Positions 38,222 through 51,364 of a stretch of 64,000 bases of DNA are shown here, piece after piece (positions within the stretch are counted from its first letter, which is position 1; each line of letters begins with the position of its first letter). The stretch is from Squalus acanthias (lineage: Eukaryota), in NCBI GenBank assembly GCA_030390025.1, contig CM059432.1, positions 139,564,001 to 139,628,000 on the forward strand, read 5' to 3'. The position numbers and the translations under genes were made by a program. The notes beneath the pieces were generated by a model. The model worked only from the letters and a program-made list of their open reading frames with translations, was not told the origin of the DNA and made no database searches.

Positions 38222-40930
38222 ATGGCCAGCAAAAGGAAGTCTAAAATTCCTTGCATGGTTCCTTCCAGTGAGACCCTGGACCAGGACCCAGATCTGGATA
38301 TGATTACAGATGTCGATGATGATCTTCCTCCAGATATTTCTGATGAGAGCTTGACAGCAGATGGTGCTGTAATCGATGATGAGAATATTCCAGAAAAGGA
38401 AGTGCAAGATGCCCAAATCAAGAAACTAGAAGGAGGCTATGAATGTAAATATTGTACTTTTGAAACACAGGACTTAAATGAATTTACAGTTCATGTTGAC
38501 TCAAAGCACCCAAATGTTATTCTTAATCCATCCTACTTCTGTGTGGAATGTAATTTTACGACCAAAAGGTATGATACTCTTAATGACCACAATGCCAGAT
38601 ATCATTCAGGTGAAATAAATTTTAAGCTTAAAATGGTAAAACACAATAATCAAACGGTCTTTGAGCAAACTGTTGAAGAATACAATAGTAATGGTGTTTC
38701 TATAAATGAAGAGCCAGCAGAAAGCACTGACACCACTACAACAGGAATTTCAATAAGTAAAACTCCAATTATGAAGATGATGAAAAATAAAACTGAGACC
38801 AAAAGAATCTCTGTCTCTCCCAGTTTGGTAGATGAATTTACTGCTGGACAAGAAAATGATGATGAGACAACGGGGGCCAACTCAGCCTTGGGCTCTACCA
38901 ATACCAGTGAAATTTGCATTAACCAGGAAACAAATGGGGTAATACTTGATTCAGTAGGTGTAAGTCAAGTGATATCCTCTCCAAATTCTAATTTAATTCC
39001 AAAAGTTATGATTCCTGCAAACAGCATTCCAACTTACAACACTAATATGGATGTAAATACTCACCTAGTGAATTCATTCAACAAATTTCCTTATCCCACA
39101 CAGTCAGAAGTTGTAACACTAAAAACTCAGACGAAATATGCAGAGGAACAGATTAAAATCTGGTTCACTGCTCAGCGCCTCAAGCATGGCATCAGTTGGA
39201 CCCCAGAGGAGGTGGAAGATGCTAAAAAGAAACTGTTCAATGGTACTGTGCACACTATACCACAAACAATTACAGTCATACCCGCACAGATTTCAACATC
39301 TGCTAATGGATTGCAGCAGATCCTTCAGCCTTGTCAGATAGTTGGCCAGCCAGGTATCGTCTTGGCACAGGTCGCCAGTACAAATGCAGTTGCTGGGAAT
39401 TCTCCAGTTACTGTGACCGTTGCAGGAGTTACAAATCAATTGCACTGGCAAAAACGCAGAACGCAGGAAGGTGACGCAGGTCCTGAAGCAAAACGGGCAA
39501 ACAGTGCTCAGCTTTCTCAACTTGCTTCACAAGGAAGTTCTCTTAGTTCTGCCTCCGCCACAGATCCATATGGTGTGCGCCTCAAAAAGACAAAAGAGCA
39601 ACTGACAGAACTAAAAGCCAGCTTTAATAGAAATGCATTTCCCAGTGACACTGAGATTGCTAGAATTATACAAGTAACAGGCCTCTCGAGGGGTGACATT
39701 AAGAAGTGGTTCAGTGACACAAGATACAACCACAGGAATTCAAGGTGTAATCAAAATGTCAATGTCGCTGAGGTCAGCAGCACTATCATTTTGGATTCAG
39801 GTGATGAAACCGCATCCGAGTCCATTGTAGTAAATCAACAGCGCAAACACGGGTGGAATGCTTTCCCTGATTTTACTCCACAGAAGTTCAAAGAGAAAAC
39901 TGCAGAGCAGCTTCATCTCCTTGAAGAAAGTTTTCTTTTTAGTCCATTTCCGACTGATGATGAGATTAACAAGCTAAGGACTGATACAAAGCTCACCAGG
40001 AGAGAGATTGATGTCTGGTTCTGTGAACGAAGGAAAGCTAAAAGTTCTGAAGATAAAAATGAGGAGAATGGAAAAGCAATCGGAGGTGAAGTCGATGTTA
40101 AATACAAAGACTCTGAAGGGGGACGTACCAAATCACATTATGGGCAAATTCATACCACATCTTTGGCAAGTGGCCTAGCAATACCAAGAGTAATGGCAGC
40201 TGCAGCTAGTAGGCTATATAAGAAAACTCCAGAGCAGCTACATCTCCTTAAAAGTGCATTTGTCCGCACACAGTGGCCATCCCCAGAGGAATATGACCGA
40301 TTAGCAGCAGACAGTGGACTGGCTAGAACTGACATAGTAAGTTGGTTTGGCGATACCAGATATGCGTGGAAAAATGGCAACTTGAAATGGTACTATTACT
40401 ATCAAAGTGGTAACGTGGACAGCCAAAATGGACAAACCCAAGTTTCCTCCAAAAAGAGTAAAGGTAGAGGTAGATCAAGAGGGAGACCACGAGGAAGAGG
40501 AAGGCCCAGAGGAAGTGCAAGGTCAAACAACTGGAGTAAAACATCTTCAGGCCATACCTCTTCAGGGAAAAACGTTCTTGAACAATACTACTTGAAACAC
40601 AAATATTTAAATGAAGAGGACCTTGATGATCTTGTTGCAAGATCATGTATGAGTTATGAAAGCATCAGGGAGTGGTTTCTACAAAGGCAAACAGAAGGTG
40701 GAGTTTCTGAGAGCAATAACTCAGATGGACAGTACCCTGGTGACGATGAGAAGAATGAACCACTTGAAGAGGATGAAGATTGGCCAGGTGAAGAGAATGC
40801 TAGCCAGGAAGATGATGATGATGCCTCTGATGCAAGTGGCAGCAGTGATGTATGGAAGCCTCCTTCACATAAAGAAAATGAAGTAACTGAACCAGATGCT
40901 GAATTCTCTGTAGAGAATTCCAACATATAA
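38222..40930 (+). CDS. ZHX1: Zinc fingers and homeoboxes protein 1 (902 aa, single coding exon)
   Basis: N-terminal MASKRKS..PCMV..QDPDL, two C2H2 fingers (YECKYC..H..H; YFCVEC..H..H) and five homeodomain-like repeats, including the ZHX1-typical FPDFTPQKFKEKTAEQL and KSAFVRTQWPSPEEYD..WKNGNLKWYYYYQS. Also an RGRPRG segment and an acidic tail. Strong Kozak ACCATGG, acceptor TACAG| at 38095, and C8orf76 lies downstream as in human. Confidence 0.96.
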   Translation: MASKRKSKIPCMVPSSETLDQDPDLDMITDVDDDLPPDISDESLTADGAVIDDENIPEKEVQDAQIKKLEGGYECKYCTFETQDLNEFTVHVDSKHPNVILNPSYFCVECNFTTKRYDTLNDHNARYHSGEINFKLKMVKHNNQTVFEQTVEEYNSNGVSINEEPAESTDTTTTGISISKTPIMKMMKNKTETKRISVSPSLVDEFTAGQENDDETTGANSALGSTNTSEICINQETNGVILDSVGVSQVISSPNSNLIPKVMIPANSIPTYNTNMDVNTHLVNSFNKFPYPTQSEVVTLKTQTKYAEEQIKIWFTAQRLKHGISWTPEEVEDAKKKLFNGTVHTIPQTITVIPAQISTSANGLQQILQPCQIVGQPGIVLAQVASTNAVAGNSPVTVTVAGVTNQLHWQKRRTQEGDAGPEAKRANSAQLSQLASQGSSLSSASATDPYGVRLKKTKEQLTELKASFNRNAFPSDTEIARIIQVTGLSRGDIKKWFSDTRYNHRNSRCNQNVNVAEVSSTIILDSGDETASESIVVNQQRKHGWNAFPDFTPQKFKEKTAEQLHLLEESFLFSPFPTDDEINKLRTDTKLTRREIDVWFCERRKAKSSEDKNEENGKAIGGEVDVKYKDSEGGRTKSHYGQIHTTSLASGLAIPRVMAAAASRLYKKTPEQLHLLKSAFVRTQWPSPEEYDRLAADSGLARTDIVSWFGDTRYAWKNGNLKWYYYYQSGNVDSQNGQTQVSSKKSKGRGRSRGRPRGRGRPRGSARSNNWSKTSSGHTSSGKNVLEQYYLKHKYLNEEDLDDLVARSCMSYESIREWFLQRQTEGGVSESNNSDGQYPGDDEKNEPLEEDEDWPGEENASQEDDDDASDASGSSDVWKPPSHKENEVTEPDAEFSVENSNI

Positions 40931-43900
40931 ATGTGAGTTGTAGAGGTAACCTTTTACATTCTGTTGTAATCGATCTAGAAACTGAAATTGGGAAATAATG
41001 CGCCAATGTAATGTTGTTAAGTGGTACGATGGAATGTCATTTACCTAAACACTTTTGGTATTACCCATTTGAATAAGTGAATAATTTGAATTACCCTATT
41101 AATTCCAATGCTGTATTCCATCAAACAGTATTAATTCAGCACAAATATACATATCATACAATGGGATTTCTTTTATTTTTACATGGTTAAAATGGTATTT
41201 GGATAAGTTGTTTGATGGCATCCCCCGGTATATACTAACTGAATTTATATTCTATTTGTATTTTGTTGATGTAGGAGTATTTCCATTCTATTTATTTGTA
41301 CTAGTTTTAAGGTAGAACTATATCATTTAATTTCAATTTTGCATCAGGCACTCCTGAATTAAGAGTGCACAAGTATAAGTTGCAATTAAGCTCTCCACTT
41401 TAATGGTAGGTTTAAACACAAACCACACCACTGCTGCACTTGAATTCTGATTTGCAAAATTGCTTATCTTGCAGCATTTAGATATTGCAATATTTGCGGT
41501 AGTTTCGTCTGTGAATTTGTGTCAGCTAAGGCTAGACTGAGACTGTCAGAATTTGTTTCACTTGGAAACCTTTACAGCTTTCCAGGTTGCTTTAATTCCA
41601 TCTATTTGATTTTAAACACCCAGGTCCCAGAAATGCTGAGACACTTTCCATCCCGAGAGCTATGGAAAGTTTATACGGTTAATTATACCATGGTACATTT
41701 TTCTTGATCTATACTCCTACAAGTACAAGATCAATATTTTGATCTGTGTATACTTCAAACAGTGCTAGGACAAATGGGGAATTTGTACCAATTCTAATCA
41801 TTAAATATATTTTAATGTGTATTTAAAAAAGGCTCGTCACTTTAAATTTTGGTTAGTGCCAGTCAATGTTCAGCTCAACATATACAGACCACTGTAGATT
41901 AAATCCATGGCTTTCGTATTCCATTGAATAGACAGGGAATTCTTCCAATGCAGATACATTTTGCTTGCAACTTGAATAGAGATCCTTAATTGACAACTAT
42001 TTATTCTGTGGATGGTCAATTAAGACTAGAGGAATTTGCTGTCAGCTATCAAATGATTGGTTGTACACCTGTTAGCTGGGTACTTATTTAAGTATATATT
42101 TGTCTGGCAGCTTTATCTAATATTTTATGATGCATTTTTGATTTCCCTTGTTCCTGTTTGAACCTCAAAGCGTACCAGGGTATATTCCAGGAGTGTGCTC
42201 TCAATTCACCATTATTTCTGAGACCATTGAGATACGGCTGGAGACTCTCAAGGAACCCCAACGTATAAATTATGTTGCGGAGGCAGGTACATGTTTAGTC
42301 TCAGTAGAGTTAGGGAAATGTCAGGCCTTTTTGTTATTTTTGTATCCAAGCAGTGAGTGTGAATTAAAAGCATAAAAACAATCCAAATTGCTGTATTTGC
42401 CTTTACTGTTGTTTATTTGTTTTTAATAAACCTGCCCTGTGGTTTATAGCCAGAGCTACTGTTGATCAGGATGTTTCCTCTACCACTTTCTGAAATTTAG
42501 GAGATCACAAGAGGGCCAGAAAGCTAAATACAGTAACAAGGATTTTTGTTCAGCCCTTGAGCTCACTGCATTACCAGATATTGGGTAGGTCATAGAGAGC
42601 GATGGCTTGCTTAGAGGTGGTCTTTGGCGCTAAGCACAGGGAAATATGTGAAAATCCAAAATGTAACAAGTACACATCAAGAGCACCCATTCATTACCCA
42701 TTTGGACTCTTGTAAATCTTATAGGTGTTTTATCCACACTTATTTTAAGGGTGGGGAAGCTATGTTTGCTATTGTAGAGGATATGTATTTTTACAACTAA
42801 TAATTAGAATTTCCCCAGCCTACATGCCCTGTGGTTCACAGAACCAAGAGAGATTTTTTTTCTGCAGCATTCCAAACATGGTTACAATTTCATTACTAGG
42901 CAGAGCATTGGAACTGAGCTGCCTTAAAGATTGTCACTCTTCAAGCTTTTCCGGCTATCTCTGCCCCTGCATGGACTGGAAACTGCTGACCACTCCATTT
43001 TCCTCCACTGCCTTTTCTCAATGGTCCACTTATGAGGGGTTACACATGCCTGGTTCCAATCTCTAGCAATGGTTTCTCCTGTTGCCCCACACAGTTGCCT
43101 CTGGAGTACCCCAAGATCCACCTTTGGCTCCCTCTTGTTTGCTTGCTGCCTCTAAGAGACTTTGGGGGAGAAATTGTTTTCCGGGTGAAAAGGACCAATT
43201 TCGGGCCACAACGTCCCATGACCGATCTACGCCTGCGTTTCAGTTGGTCGCCTAAAACAGACTTTGGGGTCCTTGAATATGTTAATGAAGGGCCTAATGC
43301 CCGTTTTAAGGACATCTCCTGGAAATTCATTTGCACGGAGCTCAGATTTTTGGTTCCTAATGCGACCTAATTGGGATTTCTAAGGGCCTCAACCAAAAAG
43401 ATAAATATATTTTTCTATGTAGAGCCGGGAGGAGCAGTACTCCTCCCGGCTCTACAGCACTACTGCATGCCACTTCCAGCCCACGTTCGTACCACTCCTG
43501 CCTCCCATGCCCTGTCCCAGGGCCACTGCTAACAAAGCAGTCGGACAAAATGGGGCTTCTTCAAACCGGCAAACTGCCTCTGGTTGCCCGATTGGCGCCC
43601 GCAGCAATATGCTGATGAGACCCGAGGTGCAATTTGGGACTGGCCTCTGGGTTCTGGCGTGCGCTGCCTATTTCAGGCCCAAAAGTGTTCAAGTATCACA
43701 GGAGATTAGCCAGTTTAATTTTTTTTTAAGAATCTTCGGAATCACATTAATGGGGTTTTGCACTCCTAACAAATTATCAAGAGAAAAGAATAACTTCAAA
43801 CTTGATTTTTATTTTTAACTATTGCCAGAAGGAGGTTCTATTAAACCCACTTGTGAAGTGCAAGGTATATTTTTAGAATCTTTTGTCCTTATCTGATTTC

Positions 43901-46153
43901 AGTAGGTGGAATACAAACATTGGGTTGTGGTATCCTGCAATTTGTAGATTTTAGAAATCTAATTAATTATTATTCTCTAGTGAGAAATAACCATAAGCTG
44001 CTGGTTATCGATTTGATTCACTATCAATCTATGACGTGAAAAAAGAAAGCTTTATTGAGCCTTGTGACAGATGTCCTTGTGTAAATTGCTCATTATTGCA
44101 AATAATTTCACCATTTTAATTTGAAATTGCAAAAAGCATCCCCATATTTGCCTTTGGATACCTGACATTCTATTGGCTTCTCCACTTGTTCCCCCTGCAT
44201 GGGCAAGAGAGAAGCAAATCACAAATACAGCTTGTATAGGTACAGTTGTGCCAGATTCTGTAGTAGTTTGTTTGCTATAATTTTTGACCTCCTTTCAAAA
44301 TCTCTAACAATTGTGAGTCCCTTTCAGTTACTAAACTATTTTTACTTGCAATAGGATACCAATTTAACAGTATTCTAACTCCCTAATGTATCAGTGGATA
44401 AATCGCAACATGTGTGATACTGACCAGAAAGTATCAGCTTTGATCCCTGTTAAGTTGTTGAGTTAGCGGAACTTGGCCAACAGCAGTAGAGTAGTTAGTT
44501 ACAGTTTATCTCTCCCTCTATGCCGTGGACTAAGGAGGGGTACAATCGGCTAGGATTTTGCTTCTAGTTGCTATCCAGTAAATACTGTCTGGATTCAGAT
44601 GAGAACACGTTGAGAACTCATGTTTAACAGCTTCAAATGTTGCAAAGAACCTGCTTATGCAGGTTGTGAATTTTGGAAAAGGCTGATTTGGGGCACACAC
44701 ATCCTTAGCATACTTTTTAAAATGGAGAGGATGTGTTTGCTGGAAATGTTGCGACATGTTTATACAAACCAAAAGTGGTCAGTAGTAAGACCTGTATAAA
44801 TGAAGGTTGGTGGTGGTTGTATTATATTGTTGATATGTTGTGTTTATACAGGGATTTTATTTGATTTTTAATGCATGTTTGTAGTTAAGTACTAGTAAAT
44901 AATACTACATTTAATCCATTAGCACGGAGAATTTTTTCCACTTGGTCAGAAAAGCTTTTTGAAATAATTACAATCTGGCATGTGAGCTAGTTTATTTACA
45001 GTTCTGAAAACAAGTTTTATACACAAGAGTTAAATGATAGGAGCTGTGCTCATCATCGAAGATCTGTTCATTTCTAGAGATTTGTTTTAATTGTGAGAAA
45101 TTAAGTTTGCGCTTTTATTTAAAAATATAAATTGAGGTGAAATTCCTAGATTTGCAGATGTGTTTTTTTTTAAAAAACTAGAAATTTCATCTGAATTTAA
45201 AGATTGTAAAGTTGTGAAGTTTTTTTGATATATGCAATAGGTTATTTGTGTTCAGTTTTTTTTTCCATCTCAAGGACAGGTTAGAGAGTGTGTACGATTG
45301 CAACTTAATGCAAACACAATTCACACGTAGTACAAATTTGTTTTTATGTTGGAATGGGAACAATAGATATGGCATATTGAGTTCTCTGTAGAAAGATAGG
45401 TATTCACCAATCTTGGCATGTCACACAATAGTGGTAACTGGGGTCTTCCAGAACTGGCTGCTCTTCTAGTCAGTCAGATTGCACGTGTTCTGATTCTTGA
45501 ATGCAAGCTAGAAAAGATGAGAATTATTGGTGGAAATATCTGACATAATTACACCTGTTAAGTAATTTCTGTCATGGCCATTGATCCTTTTAAGTTCATG
45601 ATTTGGATGTATTGATACCAAGACTCATCAGCTGCTCTTAAACAGTTGAATTTTTTTATTATTTTACTGGTGGGACCCACTGCCCGACTGTGACAGTGTC
45701 AAGTTGGAACCCTTTTAATTGCAATGTGGAGGCAATTTAGCCCTGCTTCCTGATGTTTTCCTTTTGGTTACTGGTGAACAAAAGGGAAATGGTTATATCC
45801 TAGCAACAACATAGATGAGCTAACCTGCCACCGAGACACCTGGGTGGGTTAGATGAAAAAGGGAGAAAAATGGGCATGGGAGGGGATTTTTGGCAGAATA
45901 ATCTGTCCAACTGAATCTCATCTTTAAGAACTGCAAATTTGAACATTATTTTAGAAAAGGTAAGCTTTCATCAGAAAGATCAGTTAATATCTATAATCCT
46001 GTAACAGACTTAGTTGGAGCTAGAGCAAAATGCTGCAGTCTGGAACAATACATTTTTGCTGTTCATTTCCTGTTTTTTTTTTTATTAATATATCTACAAA
46101 CTAGTGTTAATAGACTTTCTACAAAATTCCTAATCTACTCTCTTTTTCCTTAG

Positions 46154-46986
46154 GAACTGCGAATGTGTGAAAATCTTCAGTGGACGCTTGGGTCAAAGAA
46201 TTTAAAACGGAGAATCCTCAACTATGGTTATCCCCTCTCAGCTGCAAGATTATTTCCATAAAGAAATATCCATGCGCCACATGTTTTATTTCTCAGTAAA
46301 ATAAAGGCTTTTTTAAATTTCCATAGTGCCAAAGTTTTAATAATGTAGTTGAAAGGATTTTTGTACATAGGTGATTGTTTTGGAACAGATTTGTACAGTT
46401 TGGGATTTTACTACATTTTTACTGAGGTTTAATTTTGGAGCTATCTCGTCTTTGAGCACATTTGTTTTTAGATTTAGCAACCACTTGTTTTTTTTCATGT
46501 AGGCTGTTACATTACCCACATCGTTTTGGCTCATGCGATATAGTAATCTGCCTTCCTATGATGATGGCAGTTGCAATAAGCTTTGAGCAACCAAATGACA
46601 TTTCAGCATTAGTTTAAAATAAGCATCTATCAGTAAAGAAGTGTAAACTGATATATTTGTGACTTAATTATGCATGCTGCTTTTTGTATATGCTTTGGAA
46701 AATTCATCTGTTCAATTTTATGCTTTAAGCTTTAGTAGTTGCTCGAAATTACACATTGTAGATGTAGATAAAGTCAGCAGACTTCTGTTTTCCCCACATA
46801 TTTTCTTCAGAAGCCATATTCCCAGTTGCTAGTATTTTTCAGTATCTTCTGCAAAAGTCATTTTATATACTGACATTAGGAAAATGCTGCTTCTATATAT
46901 ACAGTACTACGTTTATATAATATATATATAGTATTTAAATATTGTAAGCATTGAGTAAAGGGGTTGCAAGCTGTGGTTTGAATAAA
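46154..46986 (+). other. ZHX1: Candidate terminal 3'-UTR exon of ZHX1 (may extend to AATAAA at 48191 or 48612)
   Basis: Donor AT|GTGAGT 2 nt after the stop (40933) and acceptor CTCTCTTTTTCCTTAG| at 46153. AT-rich with no recognisable TE from here to ~48.6 kb. AATAAA at 46981. Confidence 0.55.
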
Positions 46987-48671
46987 TCAATGTCTAATTT
47001 TTCACACTATTTATTGTACTTTTTGGTATGAGTACTGTGAGAAGAAACATCCAAGTTGATTAGTCATGCCTTTTTTTAGTTAGCAGTTCACCACCATAGT
47101 TATTTGCATTTAGTTTGTTTTGCTTGTGTAAGAAATTACTATTTGTGCTCCATCCATTTCAAGAATTTTTGTTTAGACTATTTTCTGAAAGTAAAATATC
47201 TATAAAGCACTAGTGGTAAGGCAAACCAGTTAACACGTACCTAGTTTTAGACAGATACTTTCCATTTCTATAGAAAATATTGGTCTCTTTACAAATTTAA
47301 ATCATGATTACAGTAATGGCTGGTGAATGCGCATTTTTATAATGCAAAAAAAGTTGTTTGCACAGTTATTATACAAGTACTGTATACTAAATTCTTCAAA
47401 GTTTTGATCATTATTGGTTAGAACTTTGGTTGTCCAACCACTACTGGCACACACACATCATCACAGTAGTTTGGACCTGCACTAGTAATTCACAAAAGCA
47501 GTTTAGCTTTTTATTTTCCTTTTTTAATATTCATCAAGAATCCTGGGAAAACATGACCTGTCTAAATTCACCATAATACAAGCATTGATCTTGGTCACCT
47601 TTTCAGGTTTAAAATATGTGAACAGTATTTTAGCTACTAAATTTAGCAAAGACATTTTGTTGCACATACACTAGCACAAATTGTGTAGTAGTTTCTCAAC
47701 ACTTTTTGGGAAATGCTAGCATGTTGCACCCAATGCTCTATTCTGGCTCGCCAGTGCTACAGTTTTTAGTTTGCACACAGAGCTAGTAACCTAAATCTTA
47801 AAGATTTAGCAGCCTATATTTTTAAAGGTGTTAACGATTGTCACAGTAGTTGTGAACAGTAAAATGTTAACCAGACCAAGCGTTATTTAAATGGAACTTG
47901 AGAGAGTACGTCCCCTTCTACCCCCCCCCACCCCCCGAAGACCAACGCAGAAAATACAATTGAAAGTTTTTAAATGTCAGAACTACATTTAGAAAAAATT
48001 TAGAAGCCTTAATACATCACATATGGATGGTCTTCAGGAAGCTTGAGCAGTATTTAATCCAGACTTTTTGATGAGTAGCCTGGTGGCTTGGGTGCAGTTG
48101 GCTATGACACTGGTCACAGCCCTTGTAGAGTTCTTCCGCCAATGGAAATTGACTGCCGTGAAGGTGAATCGGCAGAGAGGACCAATGTCCAATAAATCAC
48201 TTGACTAGAAACTTGAAAGTAAATTTAAACAAAAATTACTCCATGATTGCCACTTAACTTTTTTTTTAGGTTTGCACTGCTGTCTTTGTCCAACCACCAC
48301 CTCTAAGGTTCTGTGAACAGCCACGTGTAAAAGATGATGGATAAAGATATTTGACATAATCAGCCAGCATTCGTGCCATTCTGAGAGCTTTCCAGGAGAC
48401 TTAAATGTGCTGTTGAAGGAGTCCGTGGAGATTTTATATAGGCTTATTTTAAAAAATATTTTCTGTTCTATTACTACAGATAATGTTTTTAAAATGACAT
48501 CTGTTTAGCTCTCTCTACTGCAATTCTGTCTTGAAGTTTTTTTTTGTAGCTTTGACAAATCCTTTTCCATTGACTACAATGATTGTAACATGTGAACATA
48601 ACACGTTTCAAAATAAACCTCCATTCTGTGATTCATTAGAGTTGTTGGATTTAAATTTGCTTTCTGATCAT

Positions 48672-49137
48672 GGTGTCAGCTGTGGCTCAGTGGTAGCACC
48701 CTCACCTCCTGAGTCAGAAGGTTCTGGGTTCAAGTCCCCATTCCAGAAACTTGAGCACAAAAGTCTAGGCTGACACTCCAGTGCAGTAGTGAGGGAGCAC
48801 TGCACTGTCGGAGGTGCCGTATTTCGGATGAGATGTTAAACCGAGGCCCTGTCTGTTCCCTCAGGTGGACGTAAAAGATGCTATGTCACTATTGTGAAGA
48901 AGAGCAGGGGCATTATCCCCGGTGTCCTGGCCAATATTCATCCTTCAATCAACATGACTAAAACAGATTATCTGGTCATTATCATTGCTGTTTGTGGGAG
49001 CTTGCTGTGCGCAAATTGGCTGCCGCGTTTCCTACACTACAACAGGGACTACGCTTCAAAAGTATTTAATTGGCTGTAAAGCACTTTGGGACGTCCGGTA
49101 GTAGTGAAAGGCACTATATAAATGCAAGTCTATCTTT
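48672..49137 (+). mobile_element. Full-length tRNA-derived DeuSINE (SacSINE1-like)
   Basis: Pol III A box TGGCTCAGTGG (48683) and B box GGTTCAAGTCC (48728), conserved central domain, and tail AAAGGCACTATATAAATGCAAGTC. Confidence 0.88.
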
Positions 49138-50004
49138 CCACTGCAACAAACATTAAAGACATTGGTATTAGCCACCTTTTTAAACCAAATTCTACCCATA
49201 TACCCATGAATCTTCACCATTTGGTCCCTAATGTACAGTAAATGGGAAATATATGTACTTTGTCCATAGCTGGTTAAGTACCCCTATTATCTCTCTCTCG
49301 CCACTGTTGCAATTATTATGCAGCTTTTTAAAAAAAAAAAAATCTGTGGTTGAATAGCGGGATGGGATTGAGCTGGCGCACCTGTAGCACGCCTCTGGGA
49401 AGAAGGAAGCAAATGCAACAGAGCTAGAGTATTCAGGAAGGGAGTGAAGCAGAACTTGAACACTCTGGTGGCACAGCGTGGAGCACAGCTGCAGCAGTAA
49501 TAGAGCGCTCTGAATCGGTATTCTCTGTGCTCCATTAGCTTTACCTGTCTCTTGTGATTTATTTATTTTCCATGAACTAAAGCCAAGAGCCTTTCACTGA
49601 TGCTAACAGTCAAGAACTGTGTTTGTGATTCTCTAACCTTTACATGATATCAAAAGTTGGATTATATCAGTTGATGACAAAAGTAAACATGGTGAAAACC
49701 TACATAAACTGCTGAAGTGTAATTTGTCGGCAAGAAACAAAAGAAGCAAGTGCGAGCATCTATGAGGAAAGTAAAAGGCATATGACTTTCCAGTGAAACG
49801 TTGTCAGGCTATTCTGAAACATGAATGTCAAGCAAAACTAAATATGATGGAGGCTGATATTGCTATAGCTTCTCAATGAAATTTAATTTCTCAAATCTGT
49901 GGAATGGCTGAACTGGAAAGCGAGACCGTAGTGTTAATGGGATTGCACCAGGACTAGCTGATAGAGCTGAAATTAGACAAGACAATTCACTGCATCAGTG
50001 ACAA

Positions 50005-50357
50005 AGATTTTATTTATATAGCATCTTTCATGACCTCAAGATGTCCCAAGGCACTTTACAGCCAATTAAATATTTTTGAAGTGTAGTCACTGTTATTGGA
50101 AACACTGCAGCTAATTTGCACACGGCAAGGTCCCACAAACAGCAATGTGATTGTGACCACAGTGTTGCATGAGGGATAAATATTGGCCAGGGCACCGGGG
50201 AGAACTCCCCCTGCTCTTTTAAATAATGTCATCTTTTGCGTCCATCTAGGAGGGCAGTCGGGGCCTCGGTTTAATGTCTCATCTGAAAGAACGCACCTCT
50301 GACAGTGCAGCACTCCCTCAGTACTGCACTGGACTGTCAGCCTAGATTATGTGCTCG
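50005..50357 (-). mobile_element. DeuSINE, 5'-truncated
   Basis: Reverse complement of the 48672-49137 body and tail. Confidence 0.8.
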
Positions 50358-50454
50358 TAAGATGATATTCTAGCATAATTTGACCTAAAAGATGGTGAAA
50401 GTAAAAAGCACAGCACGATGTTGGAAAAGTATGATGAGCATTTTGTAGGAAAAG

Positions 50455-51215
50455 ATTGTAGGCCATCGAGCCTGTTCCAGCATTCTGAGATATTGGCTAA
50501 TCTGTACCTCCACTCCATTCACCCACCTTTGCTCTGTATCTCTTGATACCCTTACCTGACAAAAATCTGTCAATCTCAGTCTTGAAAACTTCAGTTGACC
50601 TCCAGCATCCACAACCTTTTGGAGAAGCAAGTTCCAGATCTCCACTACCCTTTGTATTCCAACCCCCTTGAAATAAAGGTCAGCATTCCATTAGCATTTT
50701 TGATTACTTTTTATACCCGTGCACTAGCTTTCAGTGATTTGTGCACATGGACACCCAAATCTCTTTGTTCCTCCACAGCTCCCAGTCCCTCATCATTAAA
50801 AAAATATTCCGATTGTCTTTTTTTGATCCTCACACTTCCCCCACATTGAACTGCATTTGTCTCAGTTTTGCCCATTCATTAGTCTGTCTGTGTCCCTTTG
50901 TGACTTCTTCCTCTCATCTACACAATTTACTGTGCCTCCTAACAGTGTCATCTGCAAACGTAGATATACAACTCTATTCCTTCATCCAAGTTGTTAACAT
51001 ATATGGTGAAAGCTGAGGCCCCAGTAGAGATCCCTGGGGAACACCACTTGTCACATCCCACCAATCAGAGTACGTTCCCTTTACCACTACTCTGTCTCCT
51101 ACCTCCCAACCAAATACCAACCCATGTCACAAGGTTACCTCCAATTCCGTGCACTTTTATTTTTGCTAATAATCTCCTGTGCAAAACCTTATCGAATGCC
51201 TTCTGGAAGTCCATA
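50455..51215 (-). mobile_element. CR1 LINE fragments (RT and 3' end)
   Basis: YMDFQKAFDKVLHRRLLAKIKVHGIGG motif plus CR1 3' terminus similarity. Confidence 0.8.
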
Positions 51216-51364
51216 TAGAGACAAAGTTCTCGTAAGCAGACACAGAAGATCAGAATCGAGGTCAGGAAGGGACACCAACCTACTCCAGGATTGGAGGCGG
51301 CCACGGGCTTGATTTGTTGACCTGACTATACCAGATTAGCAACAGTCCAGTAGAATTCTCTTGA

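Noticed and set aside
38167..41006. Antisense and alternate-frame ORFs over ZHX1
   Set aside because: Short shadow ORFs of the real coding exon with no independent support.
41634..41670. MLRHF..LWK resembling the human ZHX1-C8orf76 N-terminus
   Set aside because: It lies downstream of the ZHX1 coding exon, has no proper donor, and the similarity is too short.
43160..43685. Possible MITE (also 30143-30725 and from 63642)
   Set aside because: GC-rich with MITE-like ends, but the TIRs and TSDs are too degenerate or cut by the window edge to support.
48672..48745. tRNA gene
   Set aside because: The A and B boxes belong to a SINE head that continues into SINE body and tail.
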